DNA of 64,000 nucleotides from an uncultured Chitinophagales bacterium (GTDB lineage: Bacteria; Bacteroidota; Bacteroidia; Chitinophagales; JADIYW01), in contig CAYYMF010000004.1 in NCBI GenBank assembly GCA_964472755.1, positions 3,120-67,119 of the forward strand, in the 5' to 3' direction. Position 1 is the stretch's first letter. Each line of letters starts with the position of its first letter. Shown here piece by piece: positions 20,410 through 30,065 of the stretch. The notes beneath the pieces are model-generated. The model saw only the letters and a list, made by a program, of their open reading frames with translations, was not told the origin of the DNA and did no database searches. The position numbers were made by a program, and so were the translations under genes.

Positions 20410-20519
20410 ATGTGAAAAAAACTTAATAAAATTGGAGTTTTTAATCCTCTTTTTAGATTGTATTTATGATTTTACTTTAAGAGCGACATTATCCTGAAAA
20501 ATTTATTTAATAGAATTAA

Positions 20520-20687
20520 ACCCAAAATATGCAATAGATATTCTATTACAATTGAAAACACCTGCAAAATATAACGCTACGCTAACTTTTGCTCATTCAC
20601 CATAGAGGTTACTATGTTTCAATCGCAAAAGTTTATATTTTATTGGTGTTTTCACTTTCATAACGAATCCTATTGCATAATTCGGGT
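20520..20687. mobile_element. 168-bp MITE-like element, copy A (IS982-like ends)
   Basis: Imperfect TIRs ACCCAAAATATGCAATAG / ACCCGAATTATGCAATAG; TTAA on both flanks; ~95% identical to reverse complement of 39554-39721; no intact ORF. Confidence 0.85.
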
Positions 20688-20736
20688 TTAATTCAGTATT
20701 TTTGGCTTTTATTTTTAAAATCAGATATAATTTAGA

Positions 20737-21813
20737 ATGAAAACTACAGCACTTACGGATACACATATTGCTCTTGGAGCCAAAATGGTGGATTTTGCAG
20801 GATTTAATATGCCAGTTCGTTATACTTCAGATATTGAAGAACATAATATTGTTAGAAATGGGGTAGGTGTTTTTGATGTATCACACATGGGCGAATTTAT
20901 TGTGAAAGGAGTTGAAGCATTACCATTCTTGCAAAAAATTATATCTAATGATATTTCAACTTTAGAAATTGGGAAAGCAATGTACGGTTATTTACCGAAT
21001 GAAACAGGTGGAATTGTCGATGATTTATTGGTGTATAAAATGGCCGATGAAGAATATATGTGTGTGGTAAATGCTGGAAATATTGATAAAGATTGGGCTT
21101 GGTTTACACAACATAATACCAGTAATGCGCAATTAAAAAATATTTCAGATAATATTGCTTTATTGGCAATCCAAGGGCCAAAAGCAGCAGAAGCATTGCA
21201 ATCATTAACAGAAGTAGATTTAAAAAGCTTGCCTTATTATCATTTTACTGTAGGAAAATTGGCGGGTATTGAGAATGTCATTATTTCAGCAACTGGATAT
21301 ACTGGAGCTGGTGGTTTTGAAATATATTTTGACAAATCTAATGCAGAAACTATCTGGAATCAAATTTTTGAAGCAGGAAAACCTCAAAATATACAACCAA
21401 TTGGTTTGGGTGCTAGAGATACCTTACGTTTAGAAAAAGGTTTTTGTTTGTATGGCAATGATATTGATGATACTACTTCTCCATTAGAAGCTGGATTGGG
21501 TTGGGTAACCAAATTCAATAAAGATTTTATAGCAAAGGATATTTTATTGAAACAAAAAGAAAATGGACTTAGTAAAAAGTTAGTGGGTTTCAAAATGATT
21601 GATAGAGGTATTCCTCGTAGTCAGTATTTGATTAAAGATGCCGATAATAATGAAATTGGTCATGTAACATCAGGAACTCAGTCTCCAACCTTAGGTTATG
21701 GAATTGGCTTAGGTTATGTGAATATTGAGCATTCAAAAGTAGGTACAGAAATTTTTATTGAAGTAAGAAATAAATTAATAAAAGCTGTAGTTTCAAAAAT
21801 TCCTTTCCTTTAA
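20737..21813 (+). CDS. gcvT: Glycine cleavage system aminomethyltransferase GcvT
   Basis: [41 protein letters not shown]. Confidence 0.97.
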   Translation: MKTTALTDTHIALGAKMVDFAGFNMPVRYTSDIEEHNIVRNGVGVFDVSHMGEFIVKGVEALPFLQKIISNDISTLEIGKAMYGYLPNETGGIVDDLLVYKMADEEYMCVVNAGNIDKDWAWFTQHNTSNAQLKNISDNIALLAIQGPKAAEALQSLTEVDLKSLPYYHFTVGKLAGIENVIISATGYTGAGGFEIYFDKSNAETIWNQIFEAGKPQNIQPIGLGARDTLRLEKGFCLYGNDIDDTTSPLEAGLGWVTKFNKDFIAKDILLKQKENGLSKKLVGFKMIDRGIPRSQYLIKDADNNEIGHVTSGTQSPTLGYGIGLGYVNIEHSKVGTEIFIEVRNKLIKAVVSKIPFL

Positions 21814-21844
21814 TAAGTATTAATAAATCAAGTATAAAAATAGT

Positions 21845-23371
21845 ATGGCACAAGCGACAGATAGTTTACAGAAGATAGTAGCGCATTGCAAAGAATATGG
21901 CTTTATTTTTCCTTCATCAGAGATTTATGATAATTTGGGTGCAGTTTATGATTACGGCCCATTTGGTGTAGAATTAAAAAATGCGATAAAAGAATATTGG
22001 TGGAAAAGTATGGTACAATTGAACGAAAATATTGTCGGTATTGATGCCTCGATTTTTATGCATCCAACAACTTGGAAAGCATCAGGTCACGTAGATTCTT
22101 TTTCTGATCCATTAATTGATAATAAAGATTCTAAAAAAAGGTATCGTGCCGATGTGCTTTTGGAAGAAAAGATTGATAAATTAAAAGAAAAAGGACAAAA
22201 GGAATTAGAAAAAAAAGGTATAGATAAAAATGCTACTGAAGAGGATAAAGCAAAAGCAAGTAGAGATTATGCCAAAGGCTTAGAATTGGAAAAAGCATAT
22301 ACTGAAGCAGCACAAGCTAGTGATTTTGCACGTTACAAAGCCTTGATTGAAGAATATGAAATCGTTTGTGAAATATCAGGTACTAAAAATTGGACAGATG
22401 TTCGTCAGTTTAATTTGATGTTTGGAACACAATTAGGTTCTGTTGCTGAAGATTCTAATATAATATATTTAAGACCAGAAACCGCACAAGGAATTTTTGT
22501 GAACTTCTTGAATGTACAGAAGTCTGCTCGATTAAAAATACCTTTTGGAATCGCTCAAATAGGAAAAGCATTTAGAAACGAGATTGTAGCAAGGCAATTT
22601 ATTTTTAGAATGCGTGAGTTTGAACAAATGGAAATGCAGTTTTTCATCAAACCAGGAACACAAAAAGAATGGTTTGCAAAGTGGAAAGAAACACGTCTAA
22701 ATTGGCATTTGGCCTTAGGAACAAACCCTGAAAGTTTACGCTTTCATGTACATGAAAAATTAGCACACTATGCTGATGCTGCGGAAGATATTCAATTCCG
22801 TTTTCCTATTGGATTTAAAGAGTTGGAAGGCATACACTCCAGAACAGATTTTGATTTGGCAAATCATCAACAATTTTCAGGAAAAAAATTGCAATATTTT
22901 GATAGTGAAATCAATGAGAATTATGTACCTTATGTGGTCGAAACTTCAATTGGTTTAGACCGAATGTTCTTGCGTGTTATGAGTGAAAACTTAAAAGAAG
23001 AAACATTAGAAAATGGCGAAACAAGAACGGTGTTGAGTTTGCCACCAGCCTTAGCTCCAATAAAAGTAGCTATTCTTCCATTGACTAAAAAAGATGGTTT
23101 GCCTGAAAAAGCAAGAGCGATTGAAGCTAAATTAAGATTTGTTGGAAGAACTTTCTATGAAGAAAAAGATACTATTGGAAAAAGATATAGAAGAATGGAT
23201 GCAATAGGAACACCTTATTGTATTACTATAGACCACCAAACACTTACTGACAATACGGTAACTTTACGTGATAGAGATACGATGCAACAAGAACGTATTA
23301 GTATTGATAATTTAGAACAATTTATTGCAGATAAGGTAAATATGAATACCTTGCTTAGAAAGTTAGTATAA
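21845..23371 (+). CDS. glyQS: Glycine-tRNA ligase (homodimeric GlyQS type)
   Basis: YDYGPFG, YLRPETAQGIF, FRMREFEQME, ELEGIHSRTDFDL, anticodon-binding domain. Confidence 0.97.
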   Translation: MAQATDSLQKIVAHCKEYGFIFPSSEIYDNLGAVYDYGPFGVELKNAIKEYWWKSMVQLNENIVGIDASIFMHPTTWKASGHVDSFSDPLIDNKDSKKRYRADVLLEEKIDKLKEKGQKELEKKGIDKNATEEDKAKASRDYAKGLELEKAYTEAAQASDFARYKALIEEYEIVCEISGTKNWTDVRQFNLMFGTQLGSVAEDSNIIYLRPETAQGIFVNFLNVQKSARLKIPFGIAQIGKAFRNEIVARQFIFRMREFEQMEMQFFIKPGTQKEWFAKWKETRLNWHLALGTNPESLRFHVHEKLAHYADAAEDIQFRFPIGFKELEGIHSRTDFDLANHQQFSGKKLQYFDSEINENYVPYVVETSIGLDRMFLRVMSENLKEETLENGETRTVLSLPPALAPIKVAILPLTKKDGLPEKARAIEAKLRFVGRTFYEEKDTIGKRYRRMDAIGTPYCITIDHQTLTDNTVTLRDRDTMQQERISIDNLEQFIADKVNMNTLLRKLV

Positions 23372-23378
23372 GTGTGAT

Positions 23379-25337
23379 TTAATTAGGTATGGGTATTTTT
23401 TCTATACGAACTAAGAGTTGTTTGTAAGCTTCACTGACTTTAATATCTGGATTTTGTGTGCCTTGAGTTATTTCACTCTTTATTTTATTGTAAGATTGTC
23501 TATTGCTTAAACCTTTCTCTAATGCAATAACTAAAAATGCATGACCAAAATAAGTATCTCCATTTTGAAAATATAAATAAGCAGCACTTTCATAAGGAAC
23601 ATACCAATCAGGATAGGTTTTACTAATTTTTTCTAAAAAATTAAAGGCACTATCTCTTTTTCCATTTTGCATTAAAGCATTGGGATATTTGTAATAAACT
23701 GATTCATTGCTTTTTTCTAATCTATAGACATTAGCGTAACAAAGCGTAGCACTATCATAATTTTGTCTTTTGGAAGTCATATCTCCCATCAAATCCCAAC
23801 TCACAACTGAAGTATCAAATTTCTTTATAATTTTTAAAAATTGTTTTTCAGCTTCAGCAGTTTTTCCTAAGCCATAATAAGCAATGCCTTCAGATTCTTG
23901 TGTATGGATATCATCAGAATTTAGGGTGTTTGCTTGTTTTGCATATTGTAAAGCTTTCATAAAATTACTTTCCTGTTCACTTGGGTTACTACTATTCATA
24001 CCCATTTGAGCATAATGAGTGGAGGCAATTCTATTGGCTTCAAAGGATTGTTGTAAATGCGGCATATCTGCTTCAAACAAAGTTTCTTTACTAAACCAAG
24101 CATTATTTCTTGCCTTTACAAATGGAAAATACAGCAGCATTATTAAAATAGTAATTGCAATTGGAATATATTTTGATTGTATGTTTTTGGATAAATTGGA
24201 AACTTTCTTTTCAATTTTTGAAGGTAAAAAATCAACAATTAAAACGGCAAAAGCAAATATAAAACCCAAACTTGCTATAAAAACATATCTATCAGCAACA
24301 ATCCCTTGCACTTCAGTAATAAAGTTGGCACAATACAATAATGAACTATAGAAAATTAGAATGCCTAATGTGAAATGCTTATTCTTTTTGTACATAATAA
24401 ATGCAGCAAATAAAGGCAAGATAACTACCACCAATTGTACTAATGTTATTAGATTTAAAAATGACCGCAATGGAATCATATTGAATCCGAAATAGAAATA
24501 ATAGCCTTTGGGAATTACCATAAATTTTAGATAATAAAAATAAGAGGCAACAGCCATTCCCAAACGATTAAAAAAAGTGTTATCTGCTATCAATGGATTT
24601 TCAGTTACTTGAAAGCTTTTTTCGAATGCCGTATCATCATAAGGTATTAAATAATCTATAAAGATGGTAGCCAGAATCATTAACACGAGTAGTCCAACAA
24701 AATAGACTATGATACTTTTTTTTATAGAACGATTATAAACAAAGAATGCAAGTAAAGGCAATATAAATATTAAGTTGTATGCATCTCTCTTAGAATATAT
24801 ACCCAATACATAAAATATGGCAATGAATAAAAAATATAACTTCTTTTTTGTTACTTCATAATTGATATAACTATTAAGTGCCAACACAACAAAAAGCATA
24901 CTGAATAAACCATCTCTACTTTTTAAGTTATTGACGACACCAGCGTGAACAGGATGGACTATAAAAAGTAAAGTAGTAATTAATGCAATTGGAACAGCAT
25001 TTTTTATAGGTAATCTTTGTAATACATAAAATATAGTACAACATAAAATTATATAAATAAGCAGGTTGATAATATGCGATACCTTTGGGTTGATACTGCC
25101 TTGCACAAATTGTTCTAAAGCAAAAGTGAACATTGCAATCGGGCGATAATCTGAAATATCAAAACGTTTAGCAAATACACTAAATATTTCTTTAAATGAA
25201 GAGCCTTCATTTGGAATGCTATTAAAAATATATTGGTCATCTAAGCTATATCCATTTTTTATAGCAGAAGAATAATAAACAAAAGTGATGAACGTAAATA
25301 ATAAATAGTATATTATGTTTCTTTTAGAAAATATCAT
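23379..25337 (-). CDS. TMTC-like GT-C membrane glycosyltransferase with C-terminal TPRs
   Basis: LDDQYI, YRP, HIINLLI, LFIVHPVH, SRDG, ADRY motifs; TPR-like helices at C-terminus. Confidence 0.75.
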   Translation of the reverse strand: MIFSKRNIIYYLLFTFITFVYYSSAIKNGYSLDDQYIFNSIPNEGSSFKEIFSVFAKRFDISDYRPIAMFTFALEQFVQGSINPKVSHIINLLIYIILCCTIFYVLQRLPIKNAVPIALITTLLFIVHPVHAGVVNNLKSRDGLFSMLFVVLALNSYINYEVTKKKLYFLFIAIFYVLGIYSKRDAYNLIFILPLLAFFVYNRSIKKSIIVYFVGLLVLMILATIFIDYLIPYDDTAFEKSFQVTENPLIADNTFFNRLGMAVASYFYYLKFMVIPKGYYFYFGFNMIPLRSFLNLITLVQLVVVILPLFAAFIMYKKNKHFTLGILIFYSSLLYCANFITEVQGIVADRYVFIASLGFIFAFAVLIVDFLPSKIEKKVSNLSKNIQSKYIPIAITILIMLLYFPFVKARNNAWFSKETLFEADMPHLQQSFEANRIASTHYAQMGMNSSNPSEQESNFMKALQYAKQANTLNSDDIHTQESEGIAYYGLGKTAEAEKQFLKIIKKFDTSVVSWDLMGDMTSKRQNYDSATLCYANVYRLEKSNESVYYKYPNALMQNGKRDSAFNFLEKISKTYPDWYVPYESAAYLYFQNGDTYFGHAFLVIALEKGLSNRQSYNKIKSEITQGTQNPDIKVSEAYKQLLVRIEKIPIPN

Positions 25338-25445
25338 ACGATAAAAATATAAAGTAAATTTTGGATTAAGCTATAATTAGAAAAATTTTCTAAAATAAAG
25401 TTCAATTCAGCTTTTTATCAAAATATTTTTATTCTACTATATTGA

Positions 25446-26132
25446 TTAATAAAAACTACTTCGGTCTGTTTTTCTCCAATAAATAGTGGCAATAGCTCCA
25501 AAAATTGCTCCTCCAATATGTGCATAATGTGCAACGTTATCCAATCCATATTGAGCAAATCCAATATCATAAATTAAAATGACTAATGGAATCATATATT
25601 TTGCTTTAATAGGTACTGGCACAAACATAAACATCAAAGGCGTATTGGGAAATAAAATCCCAAAAGCAGCCATTAATCCATACAATGCACCTGAAGCACC
25701 AACTAAGCCAGGAAAATAAATTTCTGAAAGTGTTTTATTGATTTCAGCCATTTCATAAGTAATCATCACTGTTCCAGCAGTTTTATAGGCCATAATTGCA
25801 CTGATTAATAAATGAAAGGCTATTGCTCCAAATCCAGAAATAAAATAAAGTTGGATAAATCGCTTTGGCGGCATGATTCTTTCTAATACGGAACCAAAAA
25901 GAAACAAAGCATACATATTAAAAAGGATATGCATAAATCCGCCATGTGCAAATAAATGTGTAAATAATTGATAAGGTTTAAATGCGGGATTGCTCGGATA
26001 ATGCATTGCCAGCATATCTGTTGTCTGTGGAAATATAGATTGGATAACAAAAACAATGATATTGATTAGGATAATATTTTTTACAATAGGGGTAAGGTTT
26101 TGTAGAAATCCAGAGCGTCCAAATTGTGTCAT
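25446..26132 (-). CDS. Rhomboid family intramembrane serine protease
   Basis: HLFAHGGFMHILFNM, GASG catalytic Ser, AHYAHIGG catalytic His. Confidence 0.95.
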   Translation of the reverse strand: MTQFGRSGFLQNLTPIVKNIILINIIVFVIQSIFPQTTDMLAMHYPSNPAFKPYQLFTHLFAHGGFMHILFNMYALFLFGSVLERIMPPKRFIQLYFISGFGAIAFHLLISAIMAYKTAGTVMITYEMAEINKTLSEIYFPGLVGASGALYGLMAAFGILFPNTPLMFMFVPVPIKAKYMIPLVILIYDIGFAQYGLDNVAHYAHIGGAIFGAIATIYWRKTDRSSFY

Positions 26133-26195
26133 AAACTCATCTATTTTATCGAAACAAAATTAAGCGAAATCTTGTTGTTGAATTGTTAATATTTT

Positions 26196-28025
26196 TTATT
26201 TATCAAATAATAATTGAATGTCTTCTATCGTGTAAGTCGTAAATGTTTTTAATCCAACTGGATTGATGTTAGGTTGTTTACAGGCAAACAAGCTATCTAT
26301 AATATTTTGCATACTTTTTTCATCGAGTATTGTAGATGATTTTATGGCAGTGTGATAGGCTACCGATTTTGCAATTTGTTGGTGTTGAGATAAATTATCC
26401 GTTTGCAAACTTTCTTTATATTGTTGTAAGATGTTTTCAATTAAAGCATGTTCATCTTCATTGGCTAATTCTGGTGGTAAACCGTGAACTATAATACTAT
26501 TATTCCCAAATGGCTCTATATCTAAACCAATTTTTCTTAAATCGGGCAATACTTCTTCCAAATATTGGTAATCACCAGCACTCAAATTGATAGTACGTGG
26601 GAATAAAGTTTGTTGTGAACTACTTTCTTTTGTTTCTAATCTTTCTAAATATTGCTCATATAAAATACGTTGATGTGCTCGGTTTTGGTCAATCAATATA
26701 AAACCCTTTTTCACTTGCATCAAAATATATTTTTGATGAATTTGAGTTGGTTTAAATGCCACTTTAGTTTCAAAATCTTCATCATCTTCGTAATCTAATT
26801 TACTTTGAAGGGTTATGATTTTTTGTTCCGTTTCAGCGTCTAATTGATAGAGTTTTTCCCAATTATCAAACGCAGGAGCATGCCTTACTTCGTAATGTTC
26901 AGAATGAAGCTGATTATTTATTTCTGCTTTATTCATTCTCGAACCTAAAGTCTTGAACTCATTTTCAGCACTGCTTTGAGGATTAGTTAGAAAATTTATA
27001 TTTGCTTGATGTTCAAAATCTAAGGTGGGCATGATGCTATATTGTGCCAAAGCATATTTAGCGGAAGCACGCAATAAGGCATAAACAGATTTCTCATCTT
27101 CAAATTTTATTTCTTGTTTATTTGGGTGAACATTAATATCTATTGCAGAAGGCAAAATATTTATAAATAAACAATAAAAAGGATATGTTTTATCTTGAAT
27201 TAGATTTTCATAAGCACTTTGTATGGCATGATTAAATAAATTGCTTCGGATAAACCTATTGTTCACAAAAAAGAATTGTTCGCCTCGAGTTTTCTTAGCT
27301 AATTCAGGCTTTCCTATAAAGCCATAAACACTTACATATTCCGTATTTTCTTCTATTGGTACTAATTTGTCATTGTGGTTTTTGCCAAAAACACTCACAA
27401 TACGTTGTCTTAAATTTCCTTGTTTTAAATGATAAATTTCAGAACCATTATTGTGTAATGAAAAAAATATGGAAGGATTTGCTAAAGCTACATGCAAAAA
27501 CTCATCTATAATATGTTTGGTCTCAATTTGATTGGATTTCAAAAAATTTCGACGAGCAGGAACATTGTAAAATATATTTTTTACTGAAATTGAAGTGCCA
27601 TCATTTGTAGCACATGGTTCTTGCAAAACTATTTTTGAACCTTCGATAATCACACAAGTTCCAATGTTTTTATCTTGCATTTTAGTTTTCAATTCTACAT
27701 GAGCCACAGCTGCGATTGAAGCCATGGCCTCACCTCTAAAACCCATAGTATGTAAGTTGAACAAATCATTGATATTGCTAATTTTAGAAGTTGCATGACG
27801 TTCAAAACACATACGAGCATCTATTTCTGTCATACCACAACCATCGTCAATAACTTGAACTAATGAACGTCCCGCATCTTTAACAATAAGTCGGATATTT
27901 TTTGCCCCTGCATCAACAGCATTTTCTAATAATTCCTTTACGATAGAAGCTGGACGTTGAATCACTTCTCCCGCAGCAATTTGATTGGCGATAGCATCTG
28001 GTAATAATTTTATCTTTTCAGACAT
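26196..28025 (-). CDS. mutL: DNA mismatch repair protein MutL (start revised to ATG 28025, MSEKIKLL)
   Basis: NQIAAGEVIQRP, ELLENAVDA, RHATSKI, GFRGEAM, DINVHP, DQNRAHQRI; upstream ORF extension covers a TATTTTTG promoter. Confidence 0.97.
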   Translation of the reverse strand: MSEKIKLLPDAIANQIAAGEVIQRPASIVKELLENAVDAGAKNIRLIVKDAGRSLVQVIDDGCGMTEIDARMCFERHATSKISNINDLFNLHTMGFRGEAMASIAAVAHVELKTKMQDKNIGTCVIIEGSKIVLQEPCATNDGTSISVKNIFYNVPARRNFLKSNQIETKHIIDEFLHVALANPSIFFSLHNNGSEIYHLKQGNLRQRIVSVFGKNHNDKLVPIEENTEYVSVYGFIGKPELAKKTRGEQFFFVNNRFIRSNLFNHAIQSAYENLIQDKTYPFYCLFINILPSAIDINVHPNKQEIKFEDEKSVYALLRASAKYALAQYSIMPTLDFEHQANINFLTNPQSSAENEFKTLGSRMNKAEINNQLHSEHYEVRHAPAFDNWEKLYQLDAETEQKIITLQSKLDYEDDEDFETKVAFKPTQIHQKYILMQVKKGFILIDQNRAHQRILYEQYLERLETKESSSQQTLFPRTINLSAGDYQYLEEVLPDLRKIGLDIEPFGNNSIIVHGLPPELANEDEHALIENILQQYKESLQTDNLSQHQQIAKSVAYHTAIKSSTILDEKSMQNIIDSLFACKQPNINPVGLKTFTTYTIEDIQLLFDK

Positions 28026-28133
28026 ATAGCAAAAATACAAAATTTTAAGCAGTTCGTTTTTGCTAACCAGCATTAGTTATCGACAAATAATCAACACTTC
28101 TTTTTATCAAATCAGAAATAAACAGAAATAATT

Positions 28134-29432
28134 TTATTGTTTATTATCTCCTGGCTTTTTGTTTCGTCTATGATGATTAGGTCGATTATTAGATTTTTGA
28201 GGTTTTTGTTCTGAGTTGTCTGTAGGCGTTTTTTTATCTTCCTCTTTTTTAACAATCGTTTGTCCATCTTGTTTATTAGAAACGTTTGTATTGGGCTTGG
28301 TGCGTTGCTTATTATTATCTTGTCTAGCTTTTTGTTTTCTTTTTTTATCATTTCGCTCTAAAGAAGATAAAGAAATTTGACCAACCAACTCCACAAATTC
28401 TCCATTATCCGTCTGGTCTTCTTGTACTTCTGCTAAGTCAGTTAAGTTCACAGGTTTCTTACCTGCTTTATTCATTTCCAAAACAGATTTTGCATTCTCA
28501 AAAGATAAAGTGTAGGCTTTATTGGTTTCTTTCTCAATATAAGTCATTAATCCTTTTAGGATATCTGTTTTTATTAATTTAGCTACACTGGCTTCACTTT
28601 CAATAAATTCAGCCTTTTGAGGCATATCTCTCAAGGCATCTAAATAAGTATCTAATTCAAAGTTTAAACAACATTTTAGACGACCACATTGTCCAGATAA
28701 TTTAGTTTGGTTGATAGATAAATTCTGATACCTTGCCGCTGTCGTATTCACAGATTTAAAACTGGTCATCCAAGTAGAACAACATAACTCACGACCACAA
28801 GAACCAATACCACCAACGATAGCAGCTTCTTGTCTTGCACCCACTTGTCGCATTTCAATTTTAATCTTAAATTCATTGGCTAATACTTTTATCAATTCTC
28901 TAAAATCGACTCTGCCATCAGCAAAATAATAAAAAGTAGCTTTTTTGCCATCAGCTTGATATTCTACTGCTCCTAGTTTCATATCCAAACCAAGATTTCT
29001 TGCAAGTACTCTGGCTTTAAGCATCGTTTCTTTTTCCAAATCACGTACTTTATCCATCAATTCCAACTCACTGTCTTTTGCAATTCTTAGTACTTGTTTA
29101 AACTCGTAAGTTTTTTCATTGATTTTCTTTTTACGCATTTGTAGTTTAACCAATTCGCCTTTGAGATTGATACGTCCAATATCATATCCTTGAGTGGCTT
29201 CAACGACTACATAATCGCCCACAAAAACCTCTAATGGTTTCTCTAATTTATAAAAACCCTTGCGCGAGCCGTTTTTAAAACTTATTTCAAATATATTATA
29301 CGTTGAAAAATTATCTATAGAAATATCTGCCAACCAATCATACACCTCAAGTTTTGAACAACCACCACTCGCACAATGTCCGTTGTTCTTACACCCATTC
29401 GGAGTAGAAGAACCACAACCTGAACATCCCAT
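28134..29432 (-). CDS. ricT: PSP1-domain protein RicT (YaaT)
   Basis: GIGSCGRELCCS, LSGQCGRLKCCLNFE; Cys-rich N-terminus. Confidence 0.9.
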   Translation of the reverse strand: MGCSGCGSSTPNGCKNNGHCASGGCSKLEVYDWLADISIDNFSTYNIFEISFKNGSRKGFYKLEKPLEVFVGDYVVVEATQGYDIGRINLKGELVKLQMRKKKINEKTYEFKQVLRIAKDSELELMDKVRDLEKETMLKARVLARNLGLDMKLGAVEYQADGKKATFYYFADGRVDFRELIKVLANEFKIKIEMRQVGARQEAAIVGGIGSCGRELCCSTWMTSFKSVNTTAARYQNLSINQTKLSGQCGRLKCCLNFELDTYLDALRDMPQKAEFIESEASVAKLIKTDILKGLMTYIEKETNKAYTLSFENAKSVLEMNKAGKKPVNLTDLAEVQEDQTDNGEFVELVGQISLSSLERNDKKRKQKARQDNNKQRTKPNTNVSNKQDGQTIVKKEEDKKTPTDNSEQKPQKSNNRPNHHRRNKKPGDNKQ

Positions 29433-29537
29433 AATTCAAAAAATTTATTTTACCAAAGGTAAGTATTTTAAATTTATTTTTTGAAAGCAAATATTATCAA
29501 TCATTTTTTTACTATTTTTGATAAGAATATTTATGAT

Positions 29538-29987
29538 ATGAGTACAGAAATTGAAAGCCAAGACCCAAATCTACAACCACAGTCAAGTATATTCCATAAA
29601 GGCAAAAAAGCAACGGTTAGTTTCTTTAAAAAATTATTCTTCATCTTATTAGCAATAATATTTATTGGAATTGCAGGATTCTTTGCTTGGTCAAATATTA
29701 CTTACAGTTCAGGAAGCAGAGCAGGTGTATTAATTACTTTTAATCAAGAAGGATATCTTTTTAAGACGTATGAGGGCGAATTAAATTTAGGCGGAATTAA
29801 TGCACTTCCAGGCAATACAATAGCCAATAATATGTGGAAGTTTTCTGTTAAAGACGCTGATGTAGCTACTAAATTAGATACATTGCAAGGTAAAAAAGTA
29901 AGATTACAATATAAGGAAAAAGCAAAAAACTTTTTTTGGCAAGGCCAAACAAATTTCTTTGTAGATGGCGTAGAGGTTATTCCTTAG
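29538..29987 (+). CDS. Conserved single-TM hypothetical protein (start revised to ATG 29538)
   Basis: One TM then YSSGSRAGVL..F..EG..FKTYEGELN; TATTTTTG promoter at 29513-29520 excludes the longer start. Confidence 0.7.
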   Translation: MSTEIESQDPNLQPQSSIFHKGKKATVSFFKKLFFILLAIIFIGIAGFFAWSNITYSSGSRAGVLITFNQEGYLFKTYEGELNLGGINALPGNTIANNMWKFSVKDADVATKLDTLQGKKVRLQYKEKAKNFFWQGQTNFFVDGVEVIP

Positions 29988-30010
29988 TAATTATAATACA
30001 TCTCTAATAT

Positions 30011-30047
30011 AAAAAGAGCCAAAATTTTAAAAATCTTGGCTCTTTTT
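30011..30047. terminator. Bidirectional intrinsic terminator
   Basis: AAAAAGAGCCAA...TTGGCTCTTTTT between convergent genes. Confidence 0.85.
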
Positions 30048-30065
30048 TCTTAATACTTGCTAAAA

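Noticed and set aside
20410-20736. Glycine riboswitch upstream of gcvT
   Set aside because: No conserved glycine aptamer motifs seen; the space is occupied by the 168-bp repeat element
25374-25396. Palindrome TTAGAAAAATTTTCTAA upstream of the TMTC-like gene
   Set aside because: Spacer differs from the Fur-like motif (5 vs 3 nt) and it is pure AT-rich sequence; likely chance
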